A stretch of 64,000 nucleotides of DNA from an uncultured Nitrososphaerota archaeon (GCA_963838925.1 CAWISW010000003.1:640001-704000); one strand, 5' to 3'; counted from the first letter of the stretch, positions 1-10,370 are shown. Made by a program: numbers and translations. Notes: generated by a model not told the origin, from the letters alone.

Positions 1-331
1 GGTGGCTCGCGCTGTCGCTCCCCGTCAAGGCCACGTCGTAGATGTAGACGGTCGAGCCGGTCTGCGCATCCACGGTCGTGTTGTCGACCGTCGTCCTGGT
101 GACCGAGACGCTCACAGGTCCGCTCGCGGACGCAGTGAGGAGCCGAGTGCTCACGGCCTGCGTCGAGGTCCCCAGTGTCTGCACCTGGGACGTGGCTCCG
201 GACGAGGTGGTCGCGTTGGGGCTACCCTTCAGGACGTAAGCCCCGATGAGGCTGGCCCCTATGACGACTACGATGATTATGACCGCCGACATCAGGCCGT
301 GGCTCTTGGGCTTCTGACTCTCGCTACCCAT
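1..331 (-). CDS. Membrane-anchored Ser/Thr-rich secreted protein (partial, runs off window start)
   Basis: Manually translated, not in ORF track: MGSESQKPKSHGLMSAVIIIVVVIGASLIGAYVLKGSPNATTSSG...; N-terminal hydrophobic anchor followed by an S/T-rich tract. Confidence 0.7.
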   Translation of the reverse strand, partial: MGSESQKPKSHGLMSAVIIIVVVIGASLIGAYVLKGSPNATTSSGATSQVQTLGTSTQAVSTRLLTASASGPVSVSVTRTTVDNTTVDAQTGSTVYIYDVALTGSDSASH

Positions 332-642
332 TACGGACGAACCCTCTCCTTCTCTCCTGACCAGCCGGTTGGCGAACTGCCTAGAAGGGGGGCTTCTTCT
401 TCTTTGGTACCAGCGCAAGTGGCGACGGCGGCATGCTATCTCGGTTAGCCGCAGTAACGTCTGGAGTCTAGATAAACGTTAGATTGGAGGACGGGACCTA
501 GTCGCAGTTCTTGCACCTTATCGGAGGGTAGAAAGGCATCACTCCCATGGGGATGCTGTAGACCTCATAGAGCTCTGGCGGTATTTCTTTCGGGATCTCT
601 TTCGGCATGACTCTAGATGCGTAGATTGGATAAAGGCGCCAC

Positions 643-1080
643 TCAAAGCGGAGAGGTCTGGGGACGCCGGCGGCGGTAGACCTGCAAGCACAGCACCAAA
701 GCTCCGATTACCACGAACGGCGAGAAGATCAGCGGATTGGTGGTGACCCCGCCCCGGGTATTCAAGGACGCGGAGGTCATTGTGGCCAACCCCCACTCGA
801 GCGCCACGAAACCGACGACTGAGACGGGGCTCACGACGAAGCCCTTGCCAAACAGCCCGAAGAGGAGCAAGACCGCCCCTGCGATCGACAGGACGAAGAC
901 GACCGGATAGGCGAAGTTCAGGCTGGTAAAGCACGGCGTTCCTCCAGATTGCAGCGAAGGGTTGGGAGGGCAGTTGAGGAGCTGGAAAGGCGTGAACCGC
1001 GGCATGGCCGCAAAGAGGGCGAAGTAGCTCGCGCAGATCACAGCCGCCCCGGCCATCGTGAGATTGAGAGACCGGACCAA
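643..1080 (-). CDS. Hypothetical multi-pass membrane protein
   Basis: About 4 hydrophobic segments; TTG start immediately after the CAP gene stop. Confidence 0.65.
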   Translation of the reverse strand: MVRSLNLTMAGAAVICASYFALFAAMPRFTPFQLLNCPPNPSLQSGGTPCFTSLNFAYPVVFVLSIAGAVLLLFGLFGKGFVVSPVSVVGFVALEWGLATMTSASLNTRGGVTTNPLIFSPFVVIGALVLCLQVYRRRRPQTSPL

Positions 1081-1082
1081 TG

Positions 1083-2273
1083 CTATGATCCCGTGACGAA
1101 GACGCTCAGGCTCGTGATTGGGGCGGTGTCGTCCCCGTTGGGCCATAGGTAGAAGGTGTAGACCCCGCTCCCGTTCGCGGCCTCGAGCTGGGCAATCGAG
1201 AAGACGATCTCAAAGTTCCCCGAGCTCTGCTGCCACGTCTGCGCGTACGTGAAGTTGCCCACCTCGCAGATGAACCCGGTGGGGCATGGGGCGAGCACGG
1301 CGGCGACCATCGTCCCCTCGTCGTAGGCCCCCTGGTACTGGCACGACGCCGGCTCGTTGACCTCGTTGTACTGGAGGCACGAGGCCTTGGGGACGAGTTC
1401 GCCCACCGGGATGCTGGCGGGCGTGGCGTCGTAGTAGACCGTCATCTCGGCCCCCGACCCGCCTCCCGTCCATCCGGTCAGGTCCTGCTGCGTCGTTCCC
1501 TGGAACGTCACCGTGCTCCCCGAGAGCTGGAGCGAGGACGACGTGAGGTAGTTGTCCTCGAAGTCCTCCACGAGGTACGCGACCTGAGACGTGGAGTTGA
1601 CGGCCACGCCGATCGAGACCATGTTGTGCAGGGGGTCGAGGATGTTCTCCCGGTGGCCGTTGCTGCAGCATATCGAGTCGTTGTTCATCATCTGCCACTC
1701 AGAGTCGTTGATGGAGTTCTCGATGGTCTGGAGGGTGCAGGGGAGGGTCCTCTGCCACGAGGAGTTGCTGCACGACGCGTACGCTATGTTCTCCGCGACG
1801 CCCCCGGTCCCCCCGAGCAGGGTGTAGCGCATGTAGGGCTTGTATCCCTGAGGGTCCCAGTGGCTGAAGTACCCGTAGTAGTCCATCGAGTCGGCGTGCT
1901 GCTGCCCCGAAGGGACTGCGCTCAGGTCCACGGGACCAAGCCCGTTCGAAGCCCTGTCGTCGTTGATCAGCCCCAGCGTGAAGTTCGCGAGGACGCCGTA
2001 GTTTGACGGGTACCCGATGGTAGAGGAGTTCCCCACCAGGAGGGGGCTGGCCGGTGGCGAGCCTCCAGAGAGGGAGGTCTGCGAGCTCCCCTGGCTCGTC
2101 GAGCTCGCGCCTTCTGAGGAGAGGCTGGAGGATGGGGAGGCCGCGACAGACGACGTCGTCGACGTGCCGCCAAGGTTCACGGTAAAGTCGTTCTGATAGT
2201 ACAAGGTGGCTGCCAATCCCACGACGATGACGAGCATTATCGCCACGATCGCGCCGGTCGTGACTTTGCTCAT
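1083..2273 (-). CDS. CAP/SCP-domain secreted protein
   Basis: N-terminal TM, Ser-rich linker, CAP motifs INDDRASNGL, QQHADSM..YFSH, AENIA, GHRENIL. Confidence 0.88.
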   Translation of the reverse strand: MSKVTTGAIVAIMLVIVVGLAATLYYQNDFTVNLGGTSTTSSVAASPSSSLSSEGASSTSQGSSQTSLSGGSPPASPLLVGNSSTIGYPSNYGVLANFTLGLINDDRASNGLGPVDLSAVPSGQQHADSMDYYGYFSHWDPQGYKPYMRYTLLGGTGGVAENIAYASCSNSSWQRTLPCTLQTIENSINDSEWQMMNNDSICCSNGHRENILDPLHNMVSIGVAVNSTSQVAYLVEDFEDNYLTSSSLQLSGSTVTFQGTTQQDLTGWTGGGSGAEMTVYYDATPASIPVGELVPKASCLQYNEVNEPASCQYQGAYDEGTMVAAVLAPCPTGFICEVGNFTYAQTWQQSSGNFEIVFSIAQLEAANGSGVYTFYLWPNGDDTAPITSLSVFVTGS

Positions 2274-2572
2274 GGGCGGCCACCCTTGCCCGCAGACCCG
2301 CGAGCCAGCAGGACGGTCACGCAGAGAGACACCACCAGCGGGATCAACGACCAGAACACGACGTCGAGGATCAACTTCAGCCAGTCCACGCTCCACGGGT
2401 TGTATTGCGGCCCCACGATGAGCCTGTAGAGCCACGGGAGCGGGAACCCGTACCATACGGCGCCGACAAGCCCCGCCGGCGTGACCTCAACGAGCCCTGT
2501 CAGCAGCGCGACGACGACCCCCACGGCAATCGAGACGACGATCATCAGGGCACTAGACCGCATCTTGGGCAA
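2270..2572 (-). CDS. Small membrane protein
   Basis: Two TM segments around YGFPLPW; ATGA overlap with the CAP gene; TTTAA box upstream. Confidence 0.7.
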   Translation of the reverse strand: MPKMRSSALMIVVSIAVGVVVALLTGLVEVTPAGLVGAVWYGFPLPWLYRLIVGPQYNPWSVDWLKLILDVVFWSLIPLVVSLCVTVLLARGSAGKGGRP

Positions 2573-2614
2573 CGCCTCGGCGGCCGTGCCGATTCTGGCT
2601 GTTAAACTTGCGCG

Positions 2615-3346
2615 TCAGCTCGCCCGGTTTGACCCCGAGACCGCGTAGGCCACCGCGTTGTACATCATGCTCGCGAACCCGCCGACCGCCCCGAGGACCA
2701 GGAACAGCTTCCCGACGGGGTCGGTGACCCAGAGAACGGCTGGCCTGACGAACGCGGGCAGGAGGTCGGGGAAGTGGGCGAAGTCGAGCGGGAAGACCTT
2801 CAGGAACCAGAGGGAGGTCACGAGTATCAGCGCCCCCTGGACCGCGTCGAGCGGCCTCACCGGGTTCCTCCTACCCACCGCCGCCCTGGACAGCGAGACC
2901 AGCGCGCCCACGACCCACGTCCCGTAGAAGAGGGTCTGCTCCAGGGTGCCGAAGCCCGACGTGAAGAACCCCGTGCCCTTCACCTGGTTCTCGATGAAGA
3001 AGAGCAGGACCAGGAAGGAGATGAGCACCGAGACAAGCTCGCCGAACCTCTGCCCGGGGTTCAGCCTGTCCCTGTCCGCGACCGACCCGTACCTGCCCCA
3101 CCTGATGTTCGACTGGTGCCACCAGCCCGAGACTCCCGCGAGCATTATCAGGGCCCCGAGCCCCATCAGGACGAGCGAGGCGAGCAGGAGGTCGAGCGCG
3201 ACGTAGAAGATCCCGCCGAGCCCCGGGATGAAGAACGCGAAGAACGAGACGAACACGAGCAGAAGCCAGAGGACGAAGCACGCTACGCCGATGAGCAGGA
3301 TGACCAGGCCGGGAAAGATTCGGCCAAAGTCGATCCTGATGGTCAT
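2615..3346 (-). CDS. Hypothetical multi-pass membrane protein
   Basis: 243 aa, about 6 hydrophobic helices, host-like codon usage. Confidence 0.75.
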   Translation of the reverse strand: MTIRIDFGRIFPGLVILLIGVACFVLWLLLVFVSFFAFFIPGLGGIFYVALDLLLASLVLMGLGALIMLAGVSGWWHQSNIRWGRYGSVADRDRLNPGQRFGELVSVLISFLVLLFFIENQVKGTGFFTSGFGTLEQTLFYGTWVVGALVSLSRAAVGRRNPVRPLDAVQGALILVTSLWFLKVFPLDFAHFPDLLPAFVRPAVLWVTDPVGKLFLVLGAVGGFASMMYNAVAYAVSGSNRAS

Positions 3347-3352
3347 GGCCGG

Positions 3353-3634
3353 CTACCTTTCGAGCAAGACCTTTACTCTCGAGTCCTTCATCTTGACGTC
3401 CATCAGCTCGGTGACGCCCGATGCGGGCATCTCGTTGAGCATCTTCTCGAGGTCGGCGAACATGGAGAAGTCTACGTCCGCGCCCCACGTCTCCTCCCTG
3501 TTCTTCTTCGGGATGAGGGTCATCATCCTGGGGACCCACTTCGCCAAGGCCGCGGGTATCTTCACCTCGGCGTCGGGGACCGCCCCCTCGGCGGGCTCTC
3601 GCGCCTTCCAGACTAGAATCTTGATGTCGGCCAT
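3353..3634 (-). CDS. Hypothetical protein
   Basis: 93 aa, co-oriented and 6 bp upstream of the membrane gene. Confidence 0.7.
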   Translation of the reverse strand: MADIKILVWKAREPAEGAVPDAEVKIPAALAKWVPRMMTLIPKKNREETWGADVDFSMFADLEKMLNEMPASGVTELMDVKMKDSRVKVLLER

Positions 3635-3730
3635 TGCTATCGAGATATTGGGCGCCCGAGGATACTTAAGGACGGGCTACGATTATCAGGCGAGAGAATG
3701 GCAACGTGACCTGAGCGTGCTAGCGTGGGC

Positions 3731-4558
3731 CTAGGCAGGGCTCAGGACCGACCTGACGAATTCGTCGTACTCGCGGTCCCGCTCCCTGACCCAAGCTCTG
3801 AGGAGGCCGCCTGTGCCCGAAACGCCAGCCTCCTTGAGGAAGGCCGTCGCGACGTCCCAGTCGTGGATTGCGCCCAGGGCGTCCTGCCACTCCTGGAGCC
3901 TTGCGACCTCCGGCGAGCCCGCCTCTGCCGTAAGCTCGAGGGTGTAGCGCAGCTTCTTGGAGTCTATCCTCATCTTGTGCAGCTCCTTTAGCCTGGCCGG
4001 GTCCATTATCACCAAGGGCAGCAGCGCGTCGATGTCGCTCGAGAGCCTGCCCGTCACCCTCCCGTGCCTCTTCTGGAGCCACTTCTGCGTCACGCCCTTC
4101 GACCTCACCGCAGGCAGGGGCAGCCTGCGCGCCGAGGCGACCGCCTCCAGCATGTCCTCCGCGAGCTTGGGCCGCTTCCTGTCGATCTTCGCCAGGAGCT
4201 GGGCGCCCCCGGGGCCCTTGTGGCGCGACACCTTGCCTCTCGTCACGTCGAGGTCGCGGACCTTCGCGCTGCGCTTCATCAACTTCCTGTGGCTCTTGAG
4301 CAGCTCCCTCATCTCGGGGCTCTTGCGGATGCTCTTCGGCAGGACGTCCACCCAGGCTTCGTATCTCCTCATCGCCGTGCGCGCGTCATGGACGGCCTCC
4401 TCGTCGGGGTCCTTGGCGAGCAGATCCAGCTTTTGCGAGAGGGACTCGCCGGCCTTCTCGTACCCCTTCAGGAACGCGCCCTTCTCCATCACGGTCCCCT
4501 TGATGCGGGGCGCGAGCCTGGCCCTGGCGTGCGAGAGAACCGCCGACCTGCCGCTCAA
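3731..4558 (-). CDS. CHAD domain (polyphosphate-binding) protein
   Basis: AVHDARTAMRR, KVRDLDV, LHKMRIDSKKLRYTLE, QDALGAIHDWDV; start either TTG 4558 (TATA spacing) or ATG 4489. Confidence 0.88.
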   Translation of the reverse strand: MSGRSAVLSHARARLAPRIKGTVMEKGAFLKGYEKAGESLSQKLDLLAKDPDEEAVHDARTAMRRYEAWVDVLPKSIRKSPEMRELLKSHRKLMKRSAKVRDLDVTRGKVSRHKGPGGAQLLAKIDRKRPKLAEDMLEAVASARRLPLPAVRSKGVTQKWLQKRHGRVTGRLSSDIDALLPLVIMDPARLKELHKMRIDSKKLRYTLELTAEAGSPEVARLQEWQDALGAIHDWDVATAFLKEAGVSGTGGLLRAWVRERDREYDEFVRSVLSPA

Positions 4559-4639
4559 CGTCCGCAAAGGCGACGGCGGTGGTATAAGAAAGGGACAGCG
4601 GCTCACGTTTATCTTGCCCGGCGACGCCTCGGGGCCGCC

Positions 4640-5287
4640 TTGTCGGACGACGAGCTCGTGGATGTCTACGGCGACGACCTGAAGAAGGTCGGGGTCGCGA
4701 CGCGCTACGAGGCACACAGGAAGGGCCTCTGGCACTTCAACTTCCACTGCTGGGTGGTGACCCGCAGGCAGAGGGGTGCGCTGCTCTTCCAGGTGCGGAG
4801 CGAGTCGAAGCCCTCCTTCCCCGGCCTCCTCGACAGCACCGTGGGCGGGCACTACAGGGCGGGCGAGCGGTCGGCTGACGTCGTCCGCGAGATCGAGGAG
4901 GAGCTGGGGGTTAGGGCGGAGCTGAAGGAGCTCGTCCCCATCGGAAGGAGGGTCGACGTCGCCTCCTATGGCGGGGTCCCGAAGAGAGAAGTCGCGGAGG
5001 TCTTCCTCCTCGATAGCGAACGGCCGCTTGGGGAGTACAGCATCGACCCCGCAGAGGTCGCGGGGCTCGTGGAGGTCCCGATAGACGCCGGCCTGAGGCT
5101 CTTCTCGGGCCGCGTGAGGAGGATCTCGGCCAAAGGCATGATGACGGACCCGACTTCAGGGCGGTTGAAGGACGTCAGGCTCAACCTCGAGCTGAGGAGC
5201 TTCGTCCCCAAGATGGACTCTTACTACATGAGCTTGTTCATCGCGGCGAAGAGGCACTTGTCAGGCGAGAAGTACCTCTCGATATGA
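4640..5287 (+). CDS. NUDIX hydrolase (IPP isomerase type 1-like family)
   Basis: AHRKGLWH..FHCWV, FPGLLDSTVGGH, REIEEELG Nudix box; TTTAT box about 31 nt upstream of TTG. Confidence 0.88.
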   Translation: MSDDELVDVYGDDLKKVGVATRYEAHRKGLWHFNFHCWVVTRRQRGALLFQVRSESKPSFPGLLDSTVGGHYRAGERSADVVREIEEELGVRAELKELVPIGRRVDVASYGGVPKREVAEVFLLDSERPLGEYSIDPAEVAGLVEVPIDAGLRLFSGRVRRISAKGMMTDPTSGRLKDVRLNLELRSFVPKMDSYYMSLFIAAKRHLSGEKYLSI

Positions 5288-5395
5288 CTCTCGACCCCGG
5301 CGGAAGCCGATACCGGCCGCCTCCCGGGGGACTTCAATATTGGACGCCCGATGTGCTTTTAACCACTGAAAAAATGCCGGGAGACTAGGCAGCCT

Positions 5396-7066
5396 TTGAC
5401 AAGCCCCGCGGAATCTGCTGAAGTTCAGTCGGACGTCGACGGCGTCATCGGGCCTGCGGTCGCTCCGAAGCTCGAGTACGAGCTTCTGATAATCATCGGC
5501 ATACTTCTCGCCCTCCTCATGGGCGCGCTCGACAACTTCGTCGCCCTCACGGCGCTGCCCACGATCCTCCTCCAGTTCGGCACCCCGAACAGCGGGACGT
5601 TCGTCATCAGCGCGTACGTCATCACCTCGACGGCGGGCATCCCGATATTCGCCAAGCTCTCGGACATCACGAGCAGGCGGAACGTCTTCCTGGGGGCGCT
5701 CATCATCTTCATGGTCGGCTCGGCCCTCTCGGGGCTCAGCCAGAACCTCAGCGAGCTCATCGTCTTCCGCGCCGTCCAGGGGCTCGGGAGCGGCGGCTTC
5801 TTCCCCGTCGGCATCGCCATCGCGGCCGTCGTCTTCCCCCCGAAGACGCGCGCCAGGGTCATCGGGGCCCTCTCAGGTGTCTTCGGCATCGCGGTGGTCG
5901 CAGGCCCGCTCATAGGCAGCGCCATCGTCCAGTACACCTCCTGGCGCTGGGTCTTCTACGTGAACATCCCCGTCGGCATCGCGGGCTTCGCCCTGGTCCT
6001 CGCGACGCTCGACCCCCTCCGCCCAGAGATCGTCCGGAAGTTCGACGTCGTCGGGGCCGGGCTCCTCGTCGGATGGGTGGCCGCGGTGATGTTCCCGCTC
6101 TACCAGATAGTCGACAGCGGGTGGGCGTGGACCGACGTCAGGACGGTCGGCCTGCTCGGGCTCGGGGCGGCGCTCGTCATCGCCTTTTCGCTCTGGGAGC
6201 TCCGCGCAGAGAACCCCCTCGTCCCCCTGAAGCTCTTCAGGCACCGCGTCATGTCGGCTGGAGGCGGGGGGACGTACTTCATCGGCACGGTCTTCTTCCC
6301 GGTCGCGACGTTCCTCTCGCTCGTGGTCGGCGTCGTCCTCGCGCCGGGCTCGGGCTCCTCGGAGACGGTCAGGGACATCCTCTACTTCCTGGTCCTGCCG
6401 CTCGTCGTGGGCGCCGCCCTCGGCGGGCAGCTCCTGACCCGCCTCTCCTACCGGACGGTCGCCGCGGTAGGCCTCGTCATCGGGATGGTGGGGATGGCGG
6501 GCCTGGCGGGGCTCTCGACCACCACGCCCCTGTGGAAGTTCGTGTTCGGCTTCATCCCAGTGGGCGGGATCATCCTGCCGCTTATCCCCATGGGCTTCGG
6601 TGTCGGCCTCACCTTCCCGGTCTTCCTCCTCGCAGCGCAGAACCAGGTGAAGATGGCCGACGTCGGAGAGGCAGGGGGACTGATACAGTTCCTCCAGTCC
6701 CTAGGGGGAGCCGTCGGCCTGTCGGTCTTGGCCTCCTTCCAGGCGACCCAGTTCGCCTCTCTCGACCCGTCGCCCAGCCCCGCCTGCCTCTCCACAAGCC
6801 CGCCGATGCCGACGTGCGCGAGCTACCTCGGCGCGCTTGAAACTTCGCTGATCAAGTCCTACGACCAGACCTTCCTCGTCATGCTGGGCCTGCTCGCTGT
6901 CGCGTTCGTCTTCGTGCTCTTCCTTAGGGGACGCCTGCCGAAGGGGCCTGCCAAGGACGCGGCCGCCGCGGCCGGCCCCACCGCAGAGCATGCGCCAAGA
7001 ACCCCGGCACCAGCTCCAATATCGCAGGCCGGAGTGACGGTCAAGGTCCTGCCCTCGGCAGGCTGA
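5396..7066 (+). CDS. MFS transporter, DHA2/EmrB-like 14-TM type
   Basis: LMGALDNFVALTALPTI, FAKLSDITSRR, FRAVQGLG, WRWVFYVNIPVG. Confidence 0.92.
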   Translation: MTSPAESAEVQSDVDGVIGPAVAPKLEYELLIIIGILLALLMGALDNFVALTALPTILLQFGTPNSGTFVISAYVITSTAGIPIFAKLSDITSRRNVFLGALIIFMVGSALSGLSQNLSELIVFRAVQGLGSGGFFPVGIAIAAVVFPPKTRARVIGALSGVFGIAVVAGPLIGSAIVQYTSWRWVFYVNIPVGIAGFALVLATLDPLRPEIVRKFDVVGAGLLVGWVAAVMFPLYQIVDSGWAWTDVRTVGLLGLGAALVIAFSLWELRAENPLVPLKLFRHRVMSAGGGGTYFIGTVFFPVATFLSLVVGVVLAPGSGSSETVRDILYFLVLPLVVGAALGGQLLTRLSYRTVAAVGLVIGMVGMAGLAGLSTTTPLWKFVFGFIPVGGIILPLIPMGFGVGLTFPVFLLAAQNQVKMADVGEAGGLIQFLQSLGGAVGLSVLASFQATQFASLDPSPSPACLSTSPPMPTCASYLGALETSLIKSYDQTFLVMLGLLAVAFVFVLFLRGRLPKGPAKDAAAAAGPTAEHAPRTPAPAPISQAGVTVKVLPSAG

Positions 7067-7103
7067 CCGGGCCAGGTCGGCCCGCGACCCGCGCGAAGAT
7101 GGG

Positions 7104-7385
7104 TCACAGAAGCGAAAGGCCGTAGAGGAGGAAGAAGACGACCAGGGTTCCGATCAGCAGGAATATGACGAAGCCTGCGACGGCCAGCTTCTTCCAGTCC
7201 GTCTTCCCATGATCCCTGCCCGGAGGACCGTAGGTGATCCCCCTCTCAGGGCTCTCGACCTGCGCGGTGGCCGAGGGGACGTAGAGGGACTGGGTCTCGT
7301 GCTTGTGGGTGGTGCCGCAGCGCCGGAGGTGCCTCTCGTAGTGGCTTTCGCTGATGAACTTCCCGCACTTTGGGCACGTCGGCAA
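7104..7385 (-). CDS. Zinc-finger (CxxC...H...C) protein with C-terminal TM anchor
   Basis: MPTCPKCGKFISESHYERHLRRC plus hydrophobic C-terminus. Confidence 0.75.
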   Translation of the reverse strand: MPTCPKCGKFISESHYERHLRRCGTTHKHETQSLYVPSATAQVESPERGITYGPPGRDHGKTDWKKLAVAGFVIFLLIGTLVVFFLLYGLSLL

Positions 7386-7521
7386 GGCGAACTCACGAGC
7401 GGGCGGAGGCGTATACGTGTTTCCAAGGCGCCAGCCGAAGTCAGGAGCTCGCCGGACCCGATCCCCTGCAGAAAGCGGTCGCTTGGAAAGGCGTAAAATC
7501 CATGGAGACCACCCGAGGGAC

Positions 7522-8610
7522 ATGGAAAAGCCGCCTGTGCCTCGTCGAGCGATCAGGCAGAGAGGCAGGCGCCATTCGAGGACCGTCGGATTCGTGCTCT
7601 ACCAGTCCCTCTACGCGCCCATGATCCTGCTCAGGACGATATCCAAGCAGCTTGTCGTCCTCGGCGGAATGTTCGCCACTGGCGCGGCGGTGTTCTCGTA
7701 CTACGAGCACCTCCCGCTGTTGGACGCGCTCCTCGCGTCGGTCTCGACAATCACGACGATAGGGCTGTACGTCCCCAACGGCGGCAACTTCCTGACGCTC
7801 AACAGGACGGAGGCGGGGCTCCTGATAATCATGATAATAGTCTCGGTCGGCGCCGCAGCCTCGATCCTACAGGGGACAGTGAACACAGTCGTTAATGGGG
7901 ACCTCGCCAGGGGAGAGGCGGAGCGGAGCCTGATCAAGAGGATGAAGGACCACGTGATCGTCTTTGGATATGCGCACCTCGGCCGCTACGTCGCGGACAA
8001 GTTGGGGGAGCTCGGGCTGGACTACGTCGTGGTGACGCACGACCCGGCGATCTACGAGAGCCTGACCAAGAGGAAGGTGCTCGTCGTGCTCGAGCACGAG
8101 AACAGGCCAATCGTGGCCCTGAAGGAGGCAGGCATCGAGAGCGCTTCGACCATCATAGCCGCCCACGAGAAAGACCCTGACAACATGCTCATCATACTGA
8201 GCGCGAGGCGCCTCAAGCCCGACATCAGGATCATCTCGGTTGTGCACGACGAGCAGCTGATAGAGACCGCTAAGAACGCCGGCGCCGACGTGACGATACC
8301 GTCGTCCGTCTCCGTGGGACACCTCCTGGCCCTCTCAGCGACGACCAAAGACCTCGTGGGAATGGTCTTCTCGGAGAGCGTGGGCACCAAGGAGATCGCC
8401 CAGTTCTCGGTCTTCAAGTCTTCGAAGCTGATAGGCCAGACACTGCAGGACATCACCGGGCTCGCCCATGTCATGGGCATCGTAAGGAAAGGCGACCTCA
8501 TTCAAAACGTCTTCGATCTCAACCTCCGGATCCAAGAGGACGACACGCTCCTTGTGTTCGGGGACCCGGCGGGGCTCTACGAGCTCGAGAAAGAAGCAGA
8601 GGCCACATAA
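7522..8610 (+). CDS. 2-TM potassium channel family protein with RCK (TrkA-N/TrkA-C) domains
   Basis: Pore region STITTIGLYVP; KDHVIVFGYAHLG Rossmann motif; DNMLIILSAR; AGADVTI. Confidence 0.9.
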   Translation: MEKPPVPRRAIRQRGRRHSRTVGFVLYQSLYAPMILLRTISKQLVVLGGMFATGAAVFSYYEHLPLLDALLASVSTITTIGLYVPNGGNFLTLNRTEAGLLIIMIIVSVGAAASILQGTVNTVVNGDLARGEAERSLIKRMKDHVIVFGYAHLGRYVADKLGELGLDYVVVTHDPAIYESLTKRKVLVVLEHENRPIVALKEAGIESASTIIAAHEKDPDNMLIILSARRLKPDIRIISVVHDEQLIETAKNAGADVTIPSSVSVGHLLALSATTKDLVGMVFSESVGTKEIAQFSVFKSSKLIGQTLQDITGLAHVMGIVRKGDLIQNVFDLNLRIQEDDTLLVFGDPAGLYELEKEAEAT

Positions 8611-8784
8611 CGAACTTCGGCCTACCCTGGTCGGCTTCGTCCTCGCGGACGAAGGACGGCGATTTGCTGTTGTGACTCTCAGCGACGCGGCCCGGAATTC
8701 CGCGGACGTCAACCAGGCGCAGAACTGCCCCCGTCGCTATGGATCCTTGCGGAATCACCGCCGCACAGGAAAGTTCGCCGGCCG

Positions 8785-9171
8785 CTACTCCGCGCCGACG
8801 AATCCCTTGCCCCCGTTGGCCTTCTGCCACCCGTCGACGGCGAGAAGTATCGCGATCACAAAGCCCGCGAGTCCGGCTGTGAGGATCCCGAGGATGATGT
8901 CTAGGACAAGGACCAACAAGACGAACAAGACCGTCGACATCCCCAGTACCTTCCTCTTTCCCAGGTACACGTAGCCCAGGCCGAAGATCAGGTTGAGGAA
9001 CGCCGCTATCCACGGGTTCTTGTGCGTGCTCTGGCTGGAAGGAGGCGTGCTCCGGCTCCAGGGAGTAGGTTCCGCCGAGGTCTGTTGGCGGGCCGCCGAG
9101 AGATTGGCCCCACAGCTAGAGCAGAACGCTGCACCGTCTGCGTTCTGTGCTCCGCACTTGGCGCAAAACAC
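8785..9171 (-). CDS. Double zinc-ribbon membrane protein (TM2-like)
   Basis: FCAKCGAQNADGAAFCSSCG; KNPWIAAFLNLIFGLGYVYLG; TTTTATA box upstream of GTG. Confidence 0.85.
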   Translation of the reverse strand: MFCAKCGAQNADGAAFCSSCGANLSAARQQTSAEPTPWSRSTPPSSQSTHKNPWIAAFLNLIFGLGYVYLGKRKVLGMSTVLFVLLVLVLDIILGILTAGLAGFVIAILLAVDGWQKANGGKGFVGAE

Positions 9172-9407
9172 AGGAAGCTGCACACTCGTCCGGATATAAA
9201 AGCAAGAGCGGTTCCCTAACGGCGTTCTTTGCGACTGGGGCTGGCCTCCTCGCCAGCCTGCGTCAGTCCACACGACTCGCAAGACACACAAGCGGACATC
9301 CGGCCCACCGCGGTGCTCGGATCGCCCAGATTCGTCTCGAGCTGGTCGTGAGACGGATTCTGCCTTCACAACCGATAAATGCGCTCGGCGCCTCTTTGGA
9401 CCTAGTA

Positions 9408-10370
9408 TTGGCCAGCAGCCTCCGCTTCACCAGACGCCCGGGCATCGCAAGGAACCTCGCCATGGTCGCGGTAGCGGTGCTGGCGGCCTCGGTCGTCGCA
9501 GGGGCCGCCGTATTCTCCATGTCGCAGACGCCCTCCCCGAGCGGAAGCGCGCCTTCCTCAGTCTCCGCGACGACGTCCTCCTCGGCGTCGACTGCCGCCA
9601 CCTCGACGAGTTCGCGCGTCAACTTGTTCTCGACCACGACCAGCTCGGGGTCGACGTCGTCCAGCTCCATTCCCTGCCTGCTCAACAGCACGGGCACGTC
9701 CAGCATGGCCCAGCTCAACGCCACCGTCCTCGCGCTGGTGGGGAACCTTACCGGCCTCTTCAACCAGGGTCAAGGGAACGTGACGGTGGCCCAGCTCTTC
9801 GGGAACTTCTCCCAGATGGCCGTGTCCTCTGAAATCACCGGGAACCTCAGCTTGGCGACCAGCTCGTCCTACCAGGTGGTGGCTCGTCCCATGATAGGCT
9901 CCCTCGAGTACTACGAGGTGAACTTCACTCTCAGCACGGCAGGTTTCAACGACTCCCAGGTGATCATGTTCGCCCCCAACGGGACGGCCACGAGCGTCAG
10001 CTCGCCGCTCCTGGGCAGCTTCACGGGGGCCTCGGCGGCAGCGATGGGCGAGGGCGACGTCTCGTCCTTCCTGATCCAGCTCCACTCGAGCTCCTACGCG
10101 GGCGCCATCCAGTCTGACCCGAGCGTCGCGGTGCTCAACTCGACGACGGTCTCCATCGGGCCGACGCAGGTCAAGATGACCTACTACACGCTAAAGTCGC
10201 TCCCCCTGACCTATTGCGGGACCACCCTGAGCAGGCTCGTCGAGGGCCTGGGGACGGTCCAGAAGACCGGCCTCACCTTCTTGATGTACGGCCAGGCGCA
10301 GGTCACGGAGCAGGGGACCACGATGGGGGTGACGACGAGCGTGGAATCGCTTACGCTCGCGGGACCCTAG
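9408..10370 (+). CDS. Secreted Ser/Thr-rich protein with pilin-like (class III) signal peptide candidate
   Basis: TRRPGIARNLAMVAVAVLAASVVAGAAVF then S/T tract; GATAAAT box upstream of TTG. Confidence 0.75.
   Translation: MASSLRFTRRPGIARNLAMVAVAVLAASVVAGAAVFSMSQTPSPSGSAPSSVSATTSSSASTAATSTSSRVNLFSTTTSSGSTSSSSIPCLLNSTGTSSMAQLNATVLALVGNLTGLFNQGQGNVTVAQLFGNFSQMAVSSEITGNLSLATSSSYQVVARPMIGSLEYYEVNFTLSTAGFNDSQVIMFAPNGTATSVSSPLLGSFTGASAAAMGEGDVSSFLIQLHSSSYAGAIQSDPSVAVLNSTTVSIGPTQVKMTYYTLKSLPLTYCGTTLSRLVEGLGTVQKTGLTFLMYGQAQVTEQGTTMGVTTSVESLTLAGP

Noticed and set aside
2-448. Plus-strand 148-aa ORF
   Set aside because: The minus-strand frame 1-331 gives a far more protein-like anchored S/T-rich product.
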